Shown here piece after piece: positions 31,694 through 40,308 of a stretch of DNA of 49,019 nt. The stretch comes from an uncultured Holophagales bacterium (GTDB lineage: Bacteria > Acidobacteriota > Thermoanaerobaculia > UBA5066): positions 1 through 49,019 of the forward strand of contig CAZWRQ010000003.1 of NCBI GenBank assembly GCA_964636395.1. The letters are read 5' to 3'. The translations under genes and the position numbers were made by a program. The notes beneath the pieces are model-generated. The model was not told the DNA's origin. It made no database searches and saw only the letters and a program-made list of their open reading frames with translations. The first letter of the stretch is position 1; each line of letters starts with the position of its first letter.

Positions 31694-32637
31694 GCGTCCT
31701 CCGCGTCGACGAGGCGCGGGTCGGCGAGCGCCGCGAGCGCGTCGGCGAGGAGCGTCGCGAGGACCACGGCGACGCCCGACGCCAGCGTGAGGCCGAGGAC
31801 CGTCGGAAGGTCGCGGGCGAAGACCGAGTCAGCCAGGAGCTGCCCGGTCCCCGGAACCGCGAAGACCCGCTCCACGAGGACGGAACCGGCGACGAGCTGC
31901 GGGACGATCGCCGCGAGGAGCCCCGCGAAGGCCGGGGCGGAGCGGCGGAGCGCCCGAAGCGTCTCTTCTCGGGGCGACTCCCCGCGCGCCCGTCCCGCGA
32001 TGGCCGGCGGCGAGTCGAGCGCGGCCCGCACGCTCACCCTCACCACGCGGGCGATCGGCGCCAGGGCGACGAGCCCGAGCGTGAGGGCCGGCAGCGCGAG
32101 GCCAGCGAGAGGGGCCGAAGCGTCCGCGAAGACGGGGACCCATCGAAGCCTCACCGCGAACAAGAGGAGGAGGAGGAGGCCGAGGGCGAAGCTCGGAAGC
32201 GAGAAGAGGGCGTCGAGGAGAAGCCCCGAAAGCCGGTCGGCCCGACTTCCGGGTCGCCGAGCGGCCGCGAGCCCGAGCGGCACGCCCGCGAGAGCCGCGA
32301 GAAGGAGGGCGGCGCCGTTGACGGCGAGCGTCGTCGGGAGAGTCTCGCCGATCCGATCGGTCACCTTCCGGCCGTCTCGGAAGGAGCGGCCGAGGTCGAG
32401 GCGGGCCGCCGAGCCGAGCCAGGCGGCGAGGCGGGCGACGACCGGGCGGTCGAGGCCGTGGACGGCGCGGAACGCCTCGAGCGCCTCCGCCGACGCCGGG
32501 CGTCGTCCCGGGACTCCCCCGGCCGCGAGCCGGGCCGGATCGCCCGGCGCCGCCGAGAGGAGGAGAAAGACGGCGACGAGGACGCCGAAGAGCGTCCCGA
32601 CCGCGCCGATAGCGCGCCGCGCCAGGAACCGGGTCAC
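31690..32637 (-). CDS. ABC transporter permease, DppB/OppB-like
   Basis: MTRFLARRAIGAVGTLFGVLVAVFLLLSAAPGDP is a typical DppB/OppB N-terminus. 315 aa, GTG start. Confidence 0.85.
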   Translation of the reverse strand: MTRFLARRAIGAVGTLFGVLVAVFLLLSAAPGDPARLAAGGVPGRRPASAEALEAFRAVHGLDRPVVARLAAWLGSAARLDLGRSFRDGRKVTDRIGETLPTTLAVNGAALLLAALAGVPLGLAAARRPGSRADRLSGLLLDALFSLPSFALGLLLLLLFAVRLRWVPVFADASAPLAGLALPALTLGLVALAPIARVVRVSVRAALDSPPAIAGRARGESPREETLRALRRSAPAFAGLLAAIVPQLVAGSVLVERVFAVPGTGQLLADSVFARDLPTVLGLTLASGVAVVLATLLADALAALADPRLVDAEDA

Positions 32638-32674
32638 GGCCGGAGATGTTACGCGGAGGCGGCGCCGTCGCCCG

Positions 32675-34240
32675 TCAGATCGGCTTCGACCCGCGCGCTG
32701 GTTGCCACGAGGCCGCTCCGGGCCAGAAGAGCCAGAGTCCGATCGGTGAGCTCGTCACGTTCTCGATCCGGTCGCGCACGCCCCACGCGACCGAGACCGT
32801 GTGCAGGAACGTGAACGGCTGGTCCTCGGCGATCACCCTCTGCAGCTCGGCGTAGAGGACGCGCGCCTTCTCCCTGTCGAACGTCCCGGCGATCTCGTCC
32901 ATGAGCGCGTCGGCCCTCGGGTTCCGGTAGAATGCGTGGTTCATGCCGCTGGGCGGCACCTGCGAGGAGTGCCAGTTGGGCCGCAGGTCGGGGTTCGGGT
33001 CGAGGTTCAGGGAAAGCGAGCAGGCCTCGTAGTCCCCCGTGTCGACCTTCTCGACGAACGCGCCCCACTCCATCGGCGAGAGCTTCGTCTCGATCCCCGC
33101 CTCGCCGAACGCCCGCTGCGCGAGCTCCATGACCTGTCGCTGGCGCTCGCTCGCGCCGCCGAAGACGAGGGAGAACGCGAGCCGGTCCTTCCCTTTCGCC
33201 CGGAGCCCGTCCTTCCCCTTCCTCCACCCCGCCTCGTCAAGGAGGGCCGCGGCGGCGGCCGGGTCGTGAGGGAGGGGCCGGAGCGTCGCGTCGTAGGGCC
33301 AGAGGCCCGGCGGCAGCGGGCCGTTCGCCGGCTTCGCGAGCCCACCGTAGAGCTCGCGGGCGATCGCCTCGCGGTCGAGGAGCATCGTCAGGGCGCGGCG
33401 GACTCGCGCGTCCGAGAGCTGCGGGAGCCGGTTGTTCCAGGCGATGTAGGTGTAGGCGATCTCGTCGTAGACCGTCTCGCGGATCGTCCGCGCCTTCGCG
33501 GCCTGCGGACGCTGGGTCGCGTTCAGACGCGTCTCGTCGAGCGCGCCGGTGAGGAGGCCCTGGAAGGCCGAGGTCGACTCGGGGACGACCCGGAGGACGA
33601 CCTGCTCGTACGCGGGAGGCGGTCCAAAGTACTGCGTGTTCCGGACGAGTCGAATCGTCGGCCCCTCCCACGAGGCGAGGCGGTACGGGCCCGTCGCGAG
33701 CGGCCGCCGATTTGCCGGATTCGTCGCCACGTCCGTTCCACGGTAGACGTGGGCCGGCAGGAGCGGCATGTTGAAGGCGTCACGCTGGGCGGCGTAGGCC
33801 TTCCGGAACGTCGCACGGGCCGTCCGAGGGTCCAGCACGTCCACCTTCTCGAGATCGGCGAAGAGGCTCCGGCGGTAGAGGGCCGGCGTCTTCGGGTCGA
33901 GGAGCGCCTCCAGCGTCACCTTCACGTCCTCGGCCGACACGGGCGTCCCGTCCTCCCAGCGCGCTCCGGGCCGGAGCCGGACCGTGTAGACGAGGTGGCT
34001 CTCGTCCGGCTCCACCGACTCGGCGAGGCCGGGGACGAGGTCGAGGTTCTCGTCGTAGTCCAGGAGGTTCCGCTGGAGGAGCGCGATGACGACGTTCTCC
34101 GGGTCCGACGTCGCCGTGAGCGCGTTCAGCGTCTGCGGCTCTCCCTCGAGACGCCGGTGAAGGACGAGGCTCTGGTCCTTGCCGACGGGACCTCCGCAGC
34201 CGGACAGGAGGAGCAGGGCGGGGACGAGCAGCCGCTTCAC
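32675..34240 (-). CDS. ABC transporter substrate-binding lipoprotein, family 5 (peptide/nickel type)
   Basis: Last 521 codons of track ORF 32675..35107. Lipobox LLLLSGC. SBP_bac_5-like sequence (PLATGPYRLASWEGPTIRLVRN, IAWNN). The GTG overlaps the upstream stop (GTGA at 34237-34240). Confidence 0.85.
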   Translation of the reverse strand: MKRLLVPALLLLSGCGGPVGKDQSLVLHRRLEGEPQTLNALTATSDPENVVIALLQRNLLDYDENLDLVPGLAESVEPDESHLVYTVRLRPGARWEDGTPVSAEDVKVTLEALLDPKTPALYRRSLFADLEKVDVLDPRTARATFRKAYAAQRDAFNMPLLPAHVYRGTDVATNPANRRPLATGPYRLASWEGPTIRLVRNTQYFGPPPAYEQVVLRVVPESTSAFQGLLTGALDETRLNATQRPQAAKARTIRETVYDEIAYTYIAWNNRLPQLSDARVRRALTMLLDREAIARELYGGLAKPANGPLPPGLWPYDATLRPLPHDPAAAAALLDEAGWRKGKDGLRAKGKDRLAFSLVFGGASERQRQVMELAQRAFGEAGIETKLSPMEWGAFVEKVDTGDYEACSLSLNLDPNPDLRPNWHSSQVPPSGMNHAFYRNPRADALMDEIAGTFDREKARVLYAELQRVIAEDQPFTFLHTVSVAWGVRDRIENVTSSPIGLWLFWPGAASWQPARGSKPI

Positions 34241-36504
34241 CGGATCTCCTCCGGGTACTCGAAGGAGATCGAAGCGCCGTTCCCGGCCGCGTCGACGACG
34301 CGGACGGCGAGGAACGCCGGACCGTCGGGCTTCGGCACCGCCATCGTCAGCTCCTCTTCGCGTCCGTCGAGCGTCCCGTCGGCCGGCGTGAGGGGCCGCC
34401 ACCGGTCGGCGGAGACCGTCCCCTCCGCGCGGACGATCGGCGACAGAGCGTCGACGGCCTTCACCCGGAGGACGACGCGATCGCCCTCCAGTCGCGCCCC
34501 CGTGCGCACGATCGACGGTGGCGTGCCGTCCACGAGCGCCACGTCGCTCTCCTCGCTCGCTTCGAGCGCGTCCCCATCGAGGTTCGCCGCGCGGTCCGAC
34601 GCGGTGACGCGGAAGCGGTAGCGTCCGTCGGGCAGGGGCGCCGTGTCGAAGGAGAAGAAGGGGTCTTCTAGGTCCCTGCGGATCGGGAACCAGGTCGTGG
34701 AGCCCTCCCTGCGGACCTCGAGGTCGTAGCGGAGCGCGTCCCCGTTCGGGTCGGTCCCCTTCCAGGTGACGGTCCGGAAGCCCTTCCGGAAGAGCTTCTT
34801 CCCCGGAGTCTCTGCCGGCTTCTCGGGCTCGAGGCCGGCGAACGCTCCGTTCTCGTCGGGGTTCGTCACTGAGAGGACTGCCGGTCCGGAGGCGGCGCCG
34901 GAGCGGGCGAAGACGGCCCCCGGCTCGAGAACGGAGACGTTCTCGACGATCGGTCGCGCGTTGCGTTCGGCCCACGAGGTCTCGATCCGCTCGACGACGG
35001 GAGCCTCGCCCCGCGGCAAGGCCGAAAGCTCGACGCGCCACTGGAAGTAGCGTGCCGGAGGGACGGTGACCCTTCCGGCGTCCCCGGCCGGCGTCCAGGC
35101 AGACCACGTGTCATCGGGCGTATCGCTGTTCCCGGAGCGGACCGAGAGGACGGCGGTCGCGCCTTTCGGCACCGCCCCCTCGAGCCGGATCGCGCCGAAC
35201 CGGGCCAGTCGGCCCGCGTCGCGGACCGCGGAAACGTAGGTCCCGCGTCCCGCGGCGCTGGAGGCCGCCGGTCGGAGGACGGCGGGAGAGCTCGACGCCA
35301 CGATCGCGAATCCGCCCGGCACCGCGGGCGCGGCGACGACCTGTCTTTCACCCGCCTGCGCCTCGAGGCGCAGCTGCCGCCCCTTCAGAGAGTAGACGCG
35401 TCCCTTCGGCCCCGTTGCGAGGAGGAGCGCTCCGCGCCCTTCGTCCCAGCGTGCCCCGTAGACCGTCTCCTCGGGAAGGATCCAGGCCGGCTCGACGAAC
35501 CCGTCCGCAGCGACGAGGACGACCTCGGCGTTCCCCTCCCGTCGGGGGGGCGCGGCGGCAGGAGGCCTCACTGGAGACGTCGTCGAGGTGACCGAGACGC
35601 TTCCCTGCGGGACCGGCTCGGGCGCCCCGCCCGGAGCCGCCGCCGGTCCGGCGCCGGACGGCGCAGGCGTCTGACGGGGTTCGTGCCTCTGCTGGGCGAG
35701 GGTCGGCACCGCCACCGAGGTCGCGACGACGTAGAGCCCCCCCTCCGGCGCCGGCGCGAGGGCCACGACCTCCGGCCGGCCGAAGTCGTGGAGCGTGCGT
35801 ACCGTGCCGTCGGGGGCGACGGCGACGACGAGGCCCCGGTCGGAGGTCCCCGCCACGAGCGAGCCGTCGGCGCGCAGCAGGAGCGAGCGGACGTGCGTGT
35901 CCTCGAGCTCGGCGTGGAGCGAGGCCTTTCCGTCGGCGCCCGCCTTCCAGATCCGTCCCTTCGAACCCGTCCCGGCCCAGACGGTCCCGTCCTTCCCGAG
36001 GGCCAGCGCCCAGATCGCGGCCTCTCCCGTCTCGCCGGCGAGCGCGCCGGCCTTCGAGGGGTCCTTCGCGTTCGGATCGACCCGCCAGATCCGGCCTCCC
36101 GGCGAGGTCCCGCAGACGACCTCGCCTCGCGGCCCTACGGCGACGGCGGTGACGTTCGGCGCGTCCGCTTCGAAGAGGACGCGCACCGTCCCGTCCGGCT
36201 CGGAGACGAAGAGCCGTCCGAGGCCGCCCCCCGTCGCCACGAAGACTCGGCCCGAGGCGTCCGACGCCGCGGCGTAGACGACGGCTCCCGCGGCGTCTTC
36301 CGGCCACGCCGGGGCCGAGAAGACGGGACCGAGAGTCAGGCGCCCGTCCGACGTCAGGGTCGTCCCGTCGAGGTCGCCCGCGAGGAAGTCGCGGGCCGAA
36401 CCGAACGTCGAGAGACGCGTCGCGGCGACGAGCGGCGGCGTCGCGGGAAGGACGAGGGCGAGCGCGAGGCCCGCGGTGAGAGCTCGGTTCGAAGTGAGGT
36501 TCAT
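34237..36504 (-). CDS. Secreted beta-propeller repeat protein with C-terminal Ig/FN3-like (Y_Y_Y-like) domains, unknown function
   Basis: Signal peptide MNLTSNRALTAGLALALVLPATPPLVAA. Repeated blade-like units (GRVFVATGGGLGRLF, GTSPGGRIWRV, GTGSKGRIWKA, GTSDRGLVVAV). Pro/Ala linker. C-terminal LRYDLEVRREGSTTWFPI...LPDGRYRFRVTASD. The ATG overlaps the S55 peptidase stop (ATGA at 36501-36504). Confidence 0.7.
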   Translation of the reverse strand: MNLTSNRALTAGLALALVLPATPPLVAATRLSTFGSARDFLAGDLDGTTLTSDGRLTLGPVFSAPAWPEDAAGAVVYAAASDASGRVFVATGGGLGRLFVSEPDGTVRVLFEADAPNVTAVAVGPRGEVVCGTSPGGRIWRVDPNAKDPSKAGALAGETGEAAIWALALGKDGTVWAGTGSKGRIWKAGADGKASLHAELEDTHVRSLLLRADGSLVAGTSDRGLVVAVAPDGTVRTLHDFGRPEVVALAPAPEGGLYVVATSVAVPTLAQQRHEPRQTPAPSGAGPAAAPGGAPEPVPQGSVSVTSTTSPVRPPAAAPPRREGNAEVVLVAADGFVEPAWILPEETVYGARWDEGRGALLLATGPKGRVYSLKGRQLRLEAQAGERQVVAAPAVPGGFAIVASSSPAVLRPAASSAAGRGTYVSAVRDAGRLARFGAIRLEGAVPKGATAVLSVRSGNSDTPDDTWSAWTPAGDAGRVTVPPARYFQWRVELSALPRGEAPVVERIETSWAERNARPIVENVSVLEPGAVFARSGAASGPAVLSVTNPDENGAFAGLEPEKPAETPGKKLFRKGFRTVTWKGTDPNGDALRYDLEVRREGSTTWFPIRRDLEDPFFSFDTAPLPDGRYRFRVTASDRAANLDGDALEASEESDVALVDGTPPSIVRTGARLEGDRVVLRVKAVDALSPIVRAEGTVSADRWRPLTPADGTLDGREEELTMAVPKPDGPAFLAVRVVDAAGNGASISFEYPEEIR

Positions 36505-38339
36505 CGGGTTCCTCGCGAGCGGGGCCGCTCGACGTCGACGTCGATGCGGACGGCGCCCGAGACGGGGCGGTCGAAGGGGACGATCTCCTCGGCGACGAGC
36601 CGGGCCTCGACGTCGGCGATCCCGGTCTCTCCCTGCTCCCGCGCGCCGGCGAGGAGGGCGAGCGCCGTCGGCGGCAGGGCTTCGATGGTTTCGGTCCGGG
36701 TCGCCGCCCCTCGGGTGGCGACGAGGAGGCCGGCGAAGAGAAGGTTCCCCGGGACGATCCGGGAGACGAAAGACGCGAGCTGCGGCAACGTTCGCGGCTC
36801 GGACGGGTCGAGCTGCATCCGGAGCGCCGTGGCGTTGCTCCCGTCCGCGACGACGAGCGTCGCCCGCCCCTCGCGCGTCCCCTCGGGCACCCGGAGCCGG
36901 ACCATCCGGACGCTCTCCGCTCCGCGCCGGTCGGCGAGCCGGATCGCCACGGAGAGGGTCTCTCCCGGGACGACCGTCCTCGTCACAGGGGCCGCCTCGA
37001 CGAGGCGCAGCCTCTGCTCGTCGGACGAGCTCGTGAAGCGGAGGCGGACGGCGCGGACGCCCGGGTCCTCGAGGTCGTTGTCCGCGACGGCCGCGGCGAG
37101 GGCGACCGTCGTCAGGACGGCGACCTCCTTCGCCCGCCCGCCCGTCGCCACGTCCTCGTACGCGATCTCCCCGGCCGAAGTGTCCAGCGCGACGCGGAAC
37201 GCGAGCCTTCGCTCGCGGGCGGTCGGGTCGGCGGCCGTCATCGAGGCGTCGGCGACGAGTCCGGCGAGGGTCGGGAGGAGCTTCGGATGAGCGGCCGCCT
37301 CGAACCTGAATTCCCGCGCCGGCCCGCCGCCGGCTTCGACCCGGACCGTGATCGGCACCGTCTGCGCGGGCCGGTCCATCCTTCCGCCGACGCCGGTGTC
37401 TCGGTCGTTCGTCAGCCGGTAGAGGGCCTCCCCGCCGTTCGCGAGCTTGAACGACTGGTACAGCGACGACACGACGGTCACGACGTCGGCCGGCGCGACC
37501 GGCAGCTCCACCTCGCCGGAGCCGAGGAACGGGTGTCCGAACGCGACGAACCGGCCGTCTGGGAAGACCTCCGTCACGGTCCCCGTCGCGCCGAGGCTCA
37601 TGTCCCCGCGAACCAGGTACGCCGTGAGGGCACCCCCCGGCACCAGCCGCGAGGGCGCGTCAGGCGGCTCGGCGGCGGACAGGGGCGCGGCGCCCGCCCC
37701 GAGGAGCGCCACGTTCGCCTCGGCCGCTCCGAGGCGAACGAAGGCGTCACGGAACGTCTGCGCGGTCGAGGCCGGCAGTCCGGAGGCCTGGAAGGAAAGG
37801 AGGGCCGTGCCGCCCGGTCCGGGCATCCCCGTCGGAAGCGAGTCGAAAGCCGCCCGGCGGAGCTCCGCAAGCCGTTCCTCACCCGACGAGGTGCCCAGGC
37901 GGGCCAGGAGCGCCGCGCGGTCGGCGACCGCCGGCCCGGCCGCCGCCCCCGACGCAGGTTGGGCCGGCGTCTCGGGAACGATCGAGACCATCGCCTCGAT
38001 CGGCGTCACGCCCGCGACGGCGCGCTTCGAGAAGCCCCAGCCGGAGGCGATCGCTCCCGCCAGCTTCCCGTCCAGGTAGACCGGGCTGCCGCTCATCCCG
38101 GCGACGACACCCGTCTCCTCCAGCCCGAGACCGGAAAGCGAGACGACGATCACGGACCGGCCCGGCGCCGGGTTCCGGACGACGCCCACGACCTCCACCT
38201 CGAACTTCTCCACGTCGCGGCCCCGCACGACCGTCAGGCCGTACCCCTTCATCCCGGCCCGGACGCCCTCCAGCGGGAGGATCTCCGCGGCCGGAGCAGG
38301 CAGGCAGAGAAGGGCCGCCGCGAGCATGACGCTCCACAC
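36501..38339 (-). CDS. SpoIVB-type serine peptidase (family S55) domain protein with a long uncharacterised C-terminal region
   Basis: Signal-like N-terminus MLAAALLCLPAPAAE. The S55 region has GYGLTVVRG...VVAGMSGSPVYLDGKLAGAIA (compare GMSGSPI around the SpoIVB catalytic Ser). The start is ambiguous: GTG 38339, ATG 38327, or the longest ORF at 38438, which would overlap tolQ. Confidence 0.7.
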   Translation of the reverse strand: MWSVMLAAALLCLPAPAAEILPLEGVRAGMKGYGLTVVRGRDVEKFEVEVVGVVRNPAPGRSVIVVSLSGLGLEETGVVAGMSGSPVYLDGKLAGAIASGWGFSKRAVAGVTPIEAMVSIVPETPAQPASGAAAGPAVADRAALLARLGTSSGEERLAELRRAAFDSLPTGMPGPGGTALLSFQASGLPASTAQTFRDAFVRLGAAEANVALLGAGAAPLSAAEPPDAPSRLVPGGALTAYLVRGDMSLGATGTVTEVFPDGRFVAFGHPFLGSGEVELPVAPADVVTVVSSLYQSFKLANGGEALYRLTNDRDTGVGGRMDRPAQTVPITVRVEAGGGPAREFRFEAAAHPKLLPTLAGLVADASMTAADPTARERRLAFRVALDTSAGEIAYEDVATGGRAKEVAVLTTVALAAAVADNDLEDPGVRAVRLRFTSSSDEQRLRLVEAAPVTRTVVPGETLSVAIRLADRRGAESVRMVRLRVPEGTREGRATLVVADGSNATALRMQLDPSEPRTLPQLASFVSRIVPGNLLFAGLLVATRGAATRTETIEALPPTALALLAGAREQGETGIADVEARLVAEEIVPFDRPVSGAVRIDVDVERPRSRGTR

Positions 38340-38412
38340 GTAACGCTTTGCCCCCCTTCGAGATTCCGTGCTACCTTGCCCCGGATTTCGGCCCGGTCGG
38401 GGCAGGAGCGAC

Positions 38413-39108
38413 ATGACGGATACCGGCGGCGCCAACATCGTTCAGCTGTTCCTCACGGCGGGGTGGACGGCCAAGGCCGTGCTCCTGATCCTCGCCCTCT
38501 TTTCCTTTGGATCGTGGGCGGTCATCGTCGGAAAGCTCTGGAGTTTCTCACGGGCCGATTCCCACACCGGGCGGTTCGTGGCGCACTTCCGGAAGAGCCG
38601 CAAGTTCGCCGACGTCCTCGGCGTCTGCGACCAGTACCCGTCGAGCCCGCTCGTGGGCCTCTTCCGGGCCGGGTACGCCGAGCTCGACGCCCAGGTCAAG
38701 GCGGGGCGGGACGTCGCTCCGGCCGACTCGGGGCGCCTCTTCGTCAAGAGCCTCCCCGCCATCGAAAGGGCGCTCGAGCGGGCCGCCGGCGTCGAGTCCA
38801 ACCGGCTCACCCGCAGGCTCCCCTTCCTGGCGACGACGGCCTCGGCAACGCCGTTCATCGGGCTCTTCGGAACGGTGTGGGGGATCCTCGGAGCGTTCCG
38901 TCAGATCGGCGTCACCGGCTCGACCTCGATCGTCACCGTCGCTCCCGGGATCGCCGAAGCGCTGGTCAACACGGCCGCCGGCCTCGTGGCCGCCGTCCCG
39001 GCGCTGATCGCCTACAACTACTTCAACGGCCGCGCGAAGGTGATCCGTTCCGAGATGCGGGACTTCGCGCTCGAGTTCCTCAACCTGGCCGAGCGCCACT
39101 TCACCTGA
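38413..39108 (+). CDS. tolQ: Tol-Pal system protein TolQ (MotA/TolQ/ExbB proton channel)
   Basis: MotA/ExbB signature LATTASATPFIGLFGTVWGIL and LVAAVPALIAYNYF. ATG at 38413 preceded by AGGAG (38404-38408). The track ORF begins at an upstream GTG (38368). Confidence 0.9.
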   Translation: MTDTGGANIVQLFLTAGWTAKAVLLILALFSFGSWAVIVGKLWSFSRADSHTGRFVAHFRKSRKFADVLGVCDQYPSSPLVGLFRAGYAELDAQVKAGRDVAPADSGRLFVKSLPAIERALERAAGVESNRLTRRLPFLATTASATPFIGLFGTVWGILGAFRQIGVTGSTSIVTVAPGIAEALVNTAAGLVAAVPALIAYNYFNGRAKVIRSEMRDFALEFLNLAERHFT

Positions 39109-39127
39109 GGCGCCGGAAGGAGCGCGG

Positions 39128-39550
39128 ATGGCCGTAAAGATCGACGACGACCTCGAGGCCTACTCCGACATCAACGTCACCCCCCTGGTCGACGTGATGC
39201 TGGTCCTGCTCATCATCTTCATGGTGACGGCGCCGCTCCTCCACCAGGGCGTCGAGGTGAAGCTCCCGAAGTCGGTCTCGCAGAACCTCCCGAAAACGCC
39301 CGAGGACCCCCTCATCCTCTCGATCACCAGGAAAGAGGTCTACTACCTCAACGAGACGCCGATCCCGAAGCAGCAGCTCCGCGAGAGGCTGACGCTCATC
39401 CTGAAGAACCGGAAGGATCGGGCGGTCTACCTCAAGGCCGATCGGAACCTGCCATACGGCGTCGTCGTCGAGACGATGGACGTGCTGAACCGCCTCGGGG
39501 TGGAGAGCCTCGGCATGGTCACGGAGCTCCGGAGCGAGAAGGGCCCGTGA
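39128..39550 (+). CDS. tolR: Tol-Pal system protein TolR (ExbD/TolR)
   Basis: DINVTPLVDVMLVLLIIFMVTAP and the periplasmic domain VYLKADRNLPYGVVVETMDVL. Confidence 0.9.
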   Translation: MAVKIDDDLEAYSDINVTPLVDVMLVLLIIFMVTAPLLHQGVEVKLPKSVSQNLPKTPEDPLILSITRKEVYYLNETPIPKQQLRERLTLILKNRKDRAVYLKADRNLPYGVVVETMDVLNRLGVESLGMVTELRSEKGP

Positions 39551-40308
39551 CGGTCTCGGAGGTCCTGGAAGAGCGGAACCGGCGGCCCGACGCGCCGCAC
39601 GGCCTCGCGGTCGCGCTTTCTCTCGCGGCGCACGCGGCGTTCGTCGTCTTCCTGGTCCTCATCTCGCAGCCCCGGAAGCTCACGACGCCGCCTCTGATGT
39701 CCCTTCCGGTCCGGGTCGTCTCCCCCGGAGCGCTCGCGCGGCTCTCCGGGCAGCCCGGACGCCCCGCGGCCCGTTCGCAGGTCGAGACGCCCCGGAAGCG
39801 AGTCATCGAGAAGATCCGCGACGAGGCGCCCTCCCCTTCTGCCGAGGCGCTTCCGCTCCCCGGAAAGCCGAAGAAGGGGGAGCCGCCGAAGCCGGCGCCG
39901 CGCTCACCCGCCCCAGGGCCCCGGCCGGCCCCGAGCGAAGCCGCGGTCGAGCTCCCCTCCGCGGGGAACGGGGGGCTCGGAGGGAGCGGCAGCCCCGGCC
40001 TCTCGAGCTTCGGCGCCTCGCTGTCCGGCTTCGACTCCGACTTCCCGTTCTCCTACTACGCCGAGCAGATCCAGGCCCTCATAGGCGCCAACTGGCTGAA
40101 GCCGGAGGTCGCCGAGGGAACCGCCTGCGTCGTCACGTTCCGCATCCAGCGCTCCGGCCAGGTCACAGACGTGAAGGTCGAGACTCCCTCGGGGCTCGCC
40201 TTCTACGACCGCGCGGCCGCGCGCGCCATCTATTCCGCAAACCCGCTCCCGCCGCTCCCGCCCGAGTTCCGGGGCGAGCAGCTGGGAGTCCACATCCGCT
40301 TCCAGTGA
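39547..40308 (+). CDS. tolA: TolA-like / TonB C-terminal domain energy transducer
   Basis: N-terminal anchor LAVALSLAAHAAFVVFLVLI, Pro/Lys-rich linker, and a TonB_C-like domain (VVTFRIQRSGQVTDVKVETPSGLAFYDRAAARAI). The GTG overlaps the tolR stop (GTGA). Confidence 0.8.
   Translation: MTVSEVLEERNRRPDAPHGLAVALSLAAHAAFVVFLVLISQPRKLTTPPLMSLPVRVVSPGALARLSGQPGRPAARSQVETPRKRVIEKIRDEAPSPSAEALPLPGKPKKGEPPKPAPRSPAPGPRPAPSEAAVELPSAGNGGLGGSGSPGLSSFGASLSGFDSDFPFSYYAEQIQALIGANWLKPEVAEGTACVVTFRIQRSGQVTDVKVETPSGLAFYDRAAARAIYSANPLPPLPPEFRGEQLGVHIRFQ

Noticed and set aside
30197-32749. 850-aa plus-strand ORF across coaD and the ABC permease genes. The same applies to 5507..7174, 15138..16700, 19406..21514 and 44444..46651 (all plus strand).
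   Set aside because: All are antisense to well-supported genes, compositionally biased (Arg/Glu/Asp/Pro/Gly) and without motifs. They are GC-driven spurious ORFs.
38340-38412. Candidate divergent promoters between the S55 peptidase gene and tolQ (for example TTGCCC ... TACCTT).
   Set aside because: The matches to the -35/-10 consensus are weak, and sigma-factor preferences of this lineage are unknown. This cannot be supported without 5'-end data.
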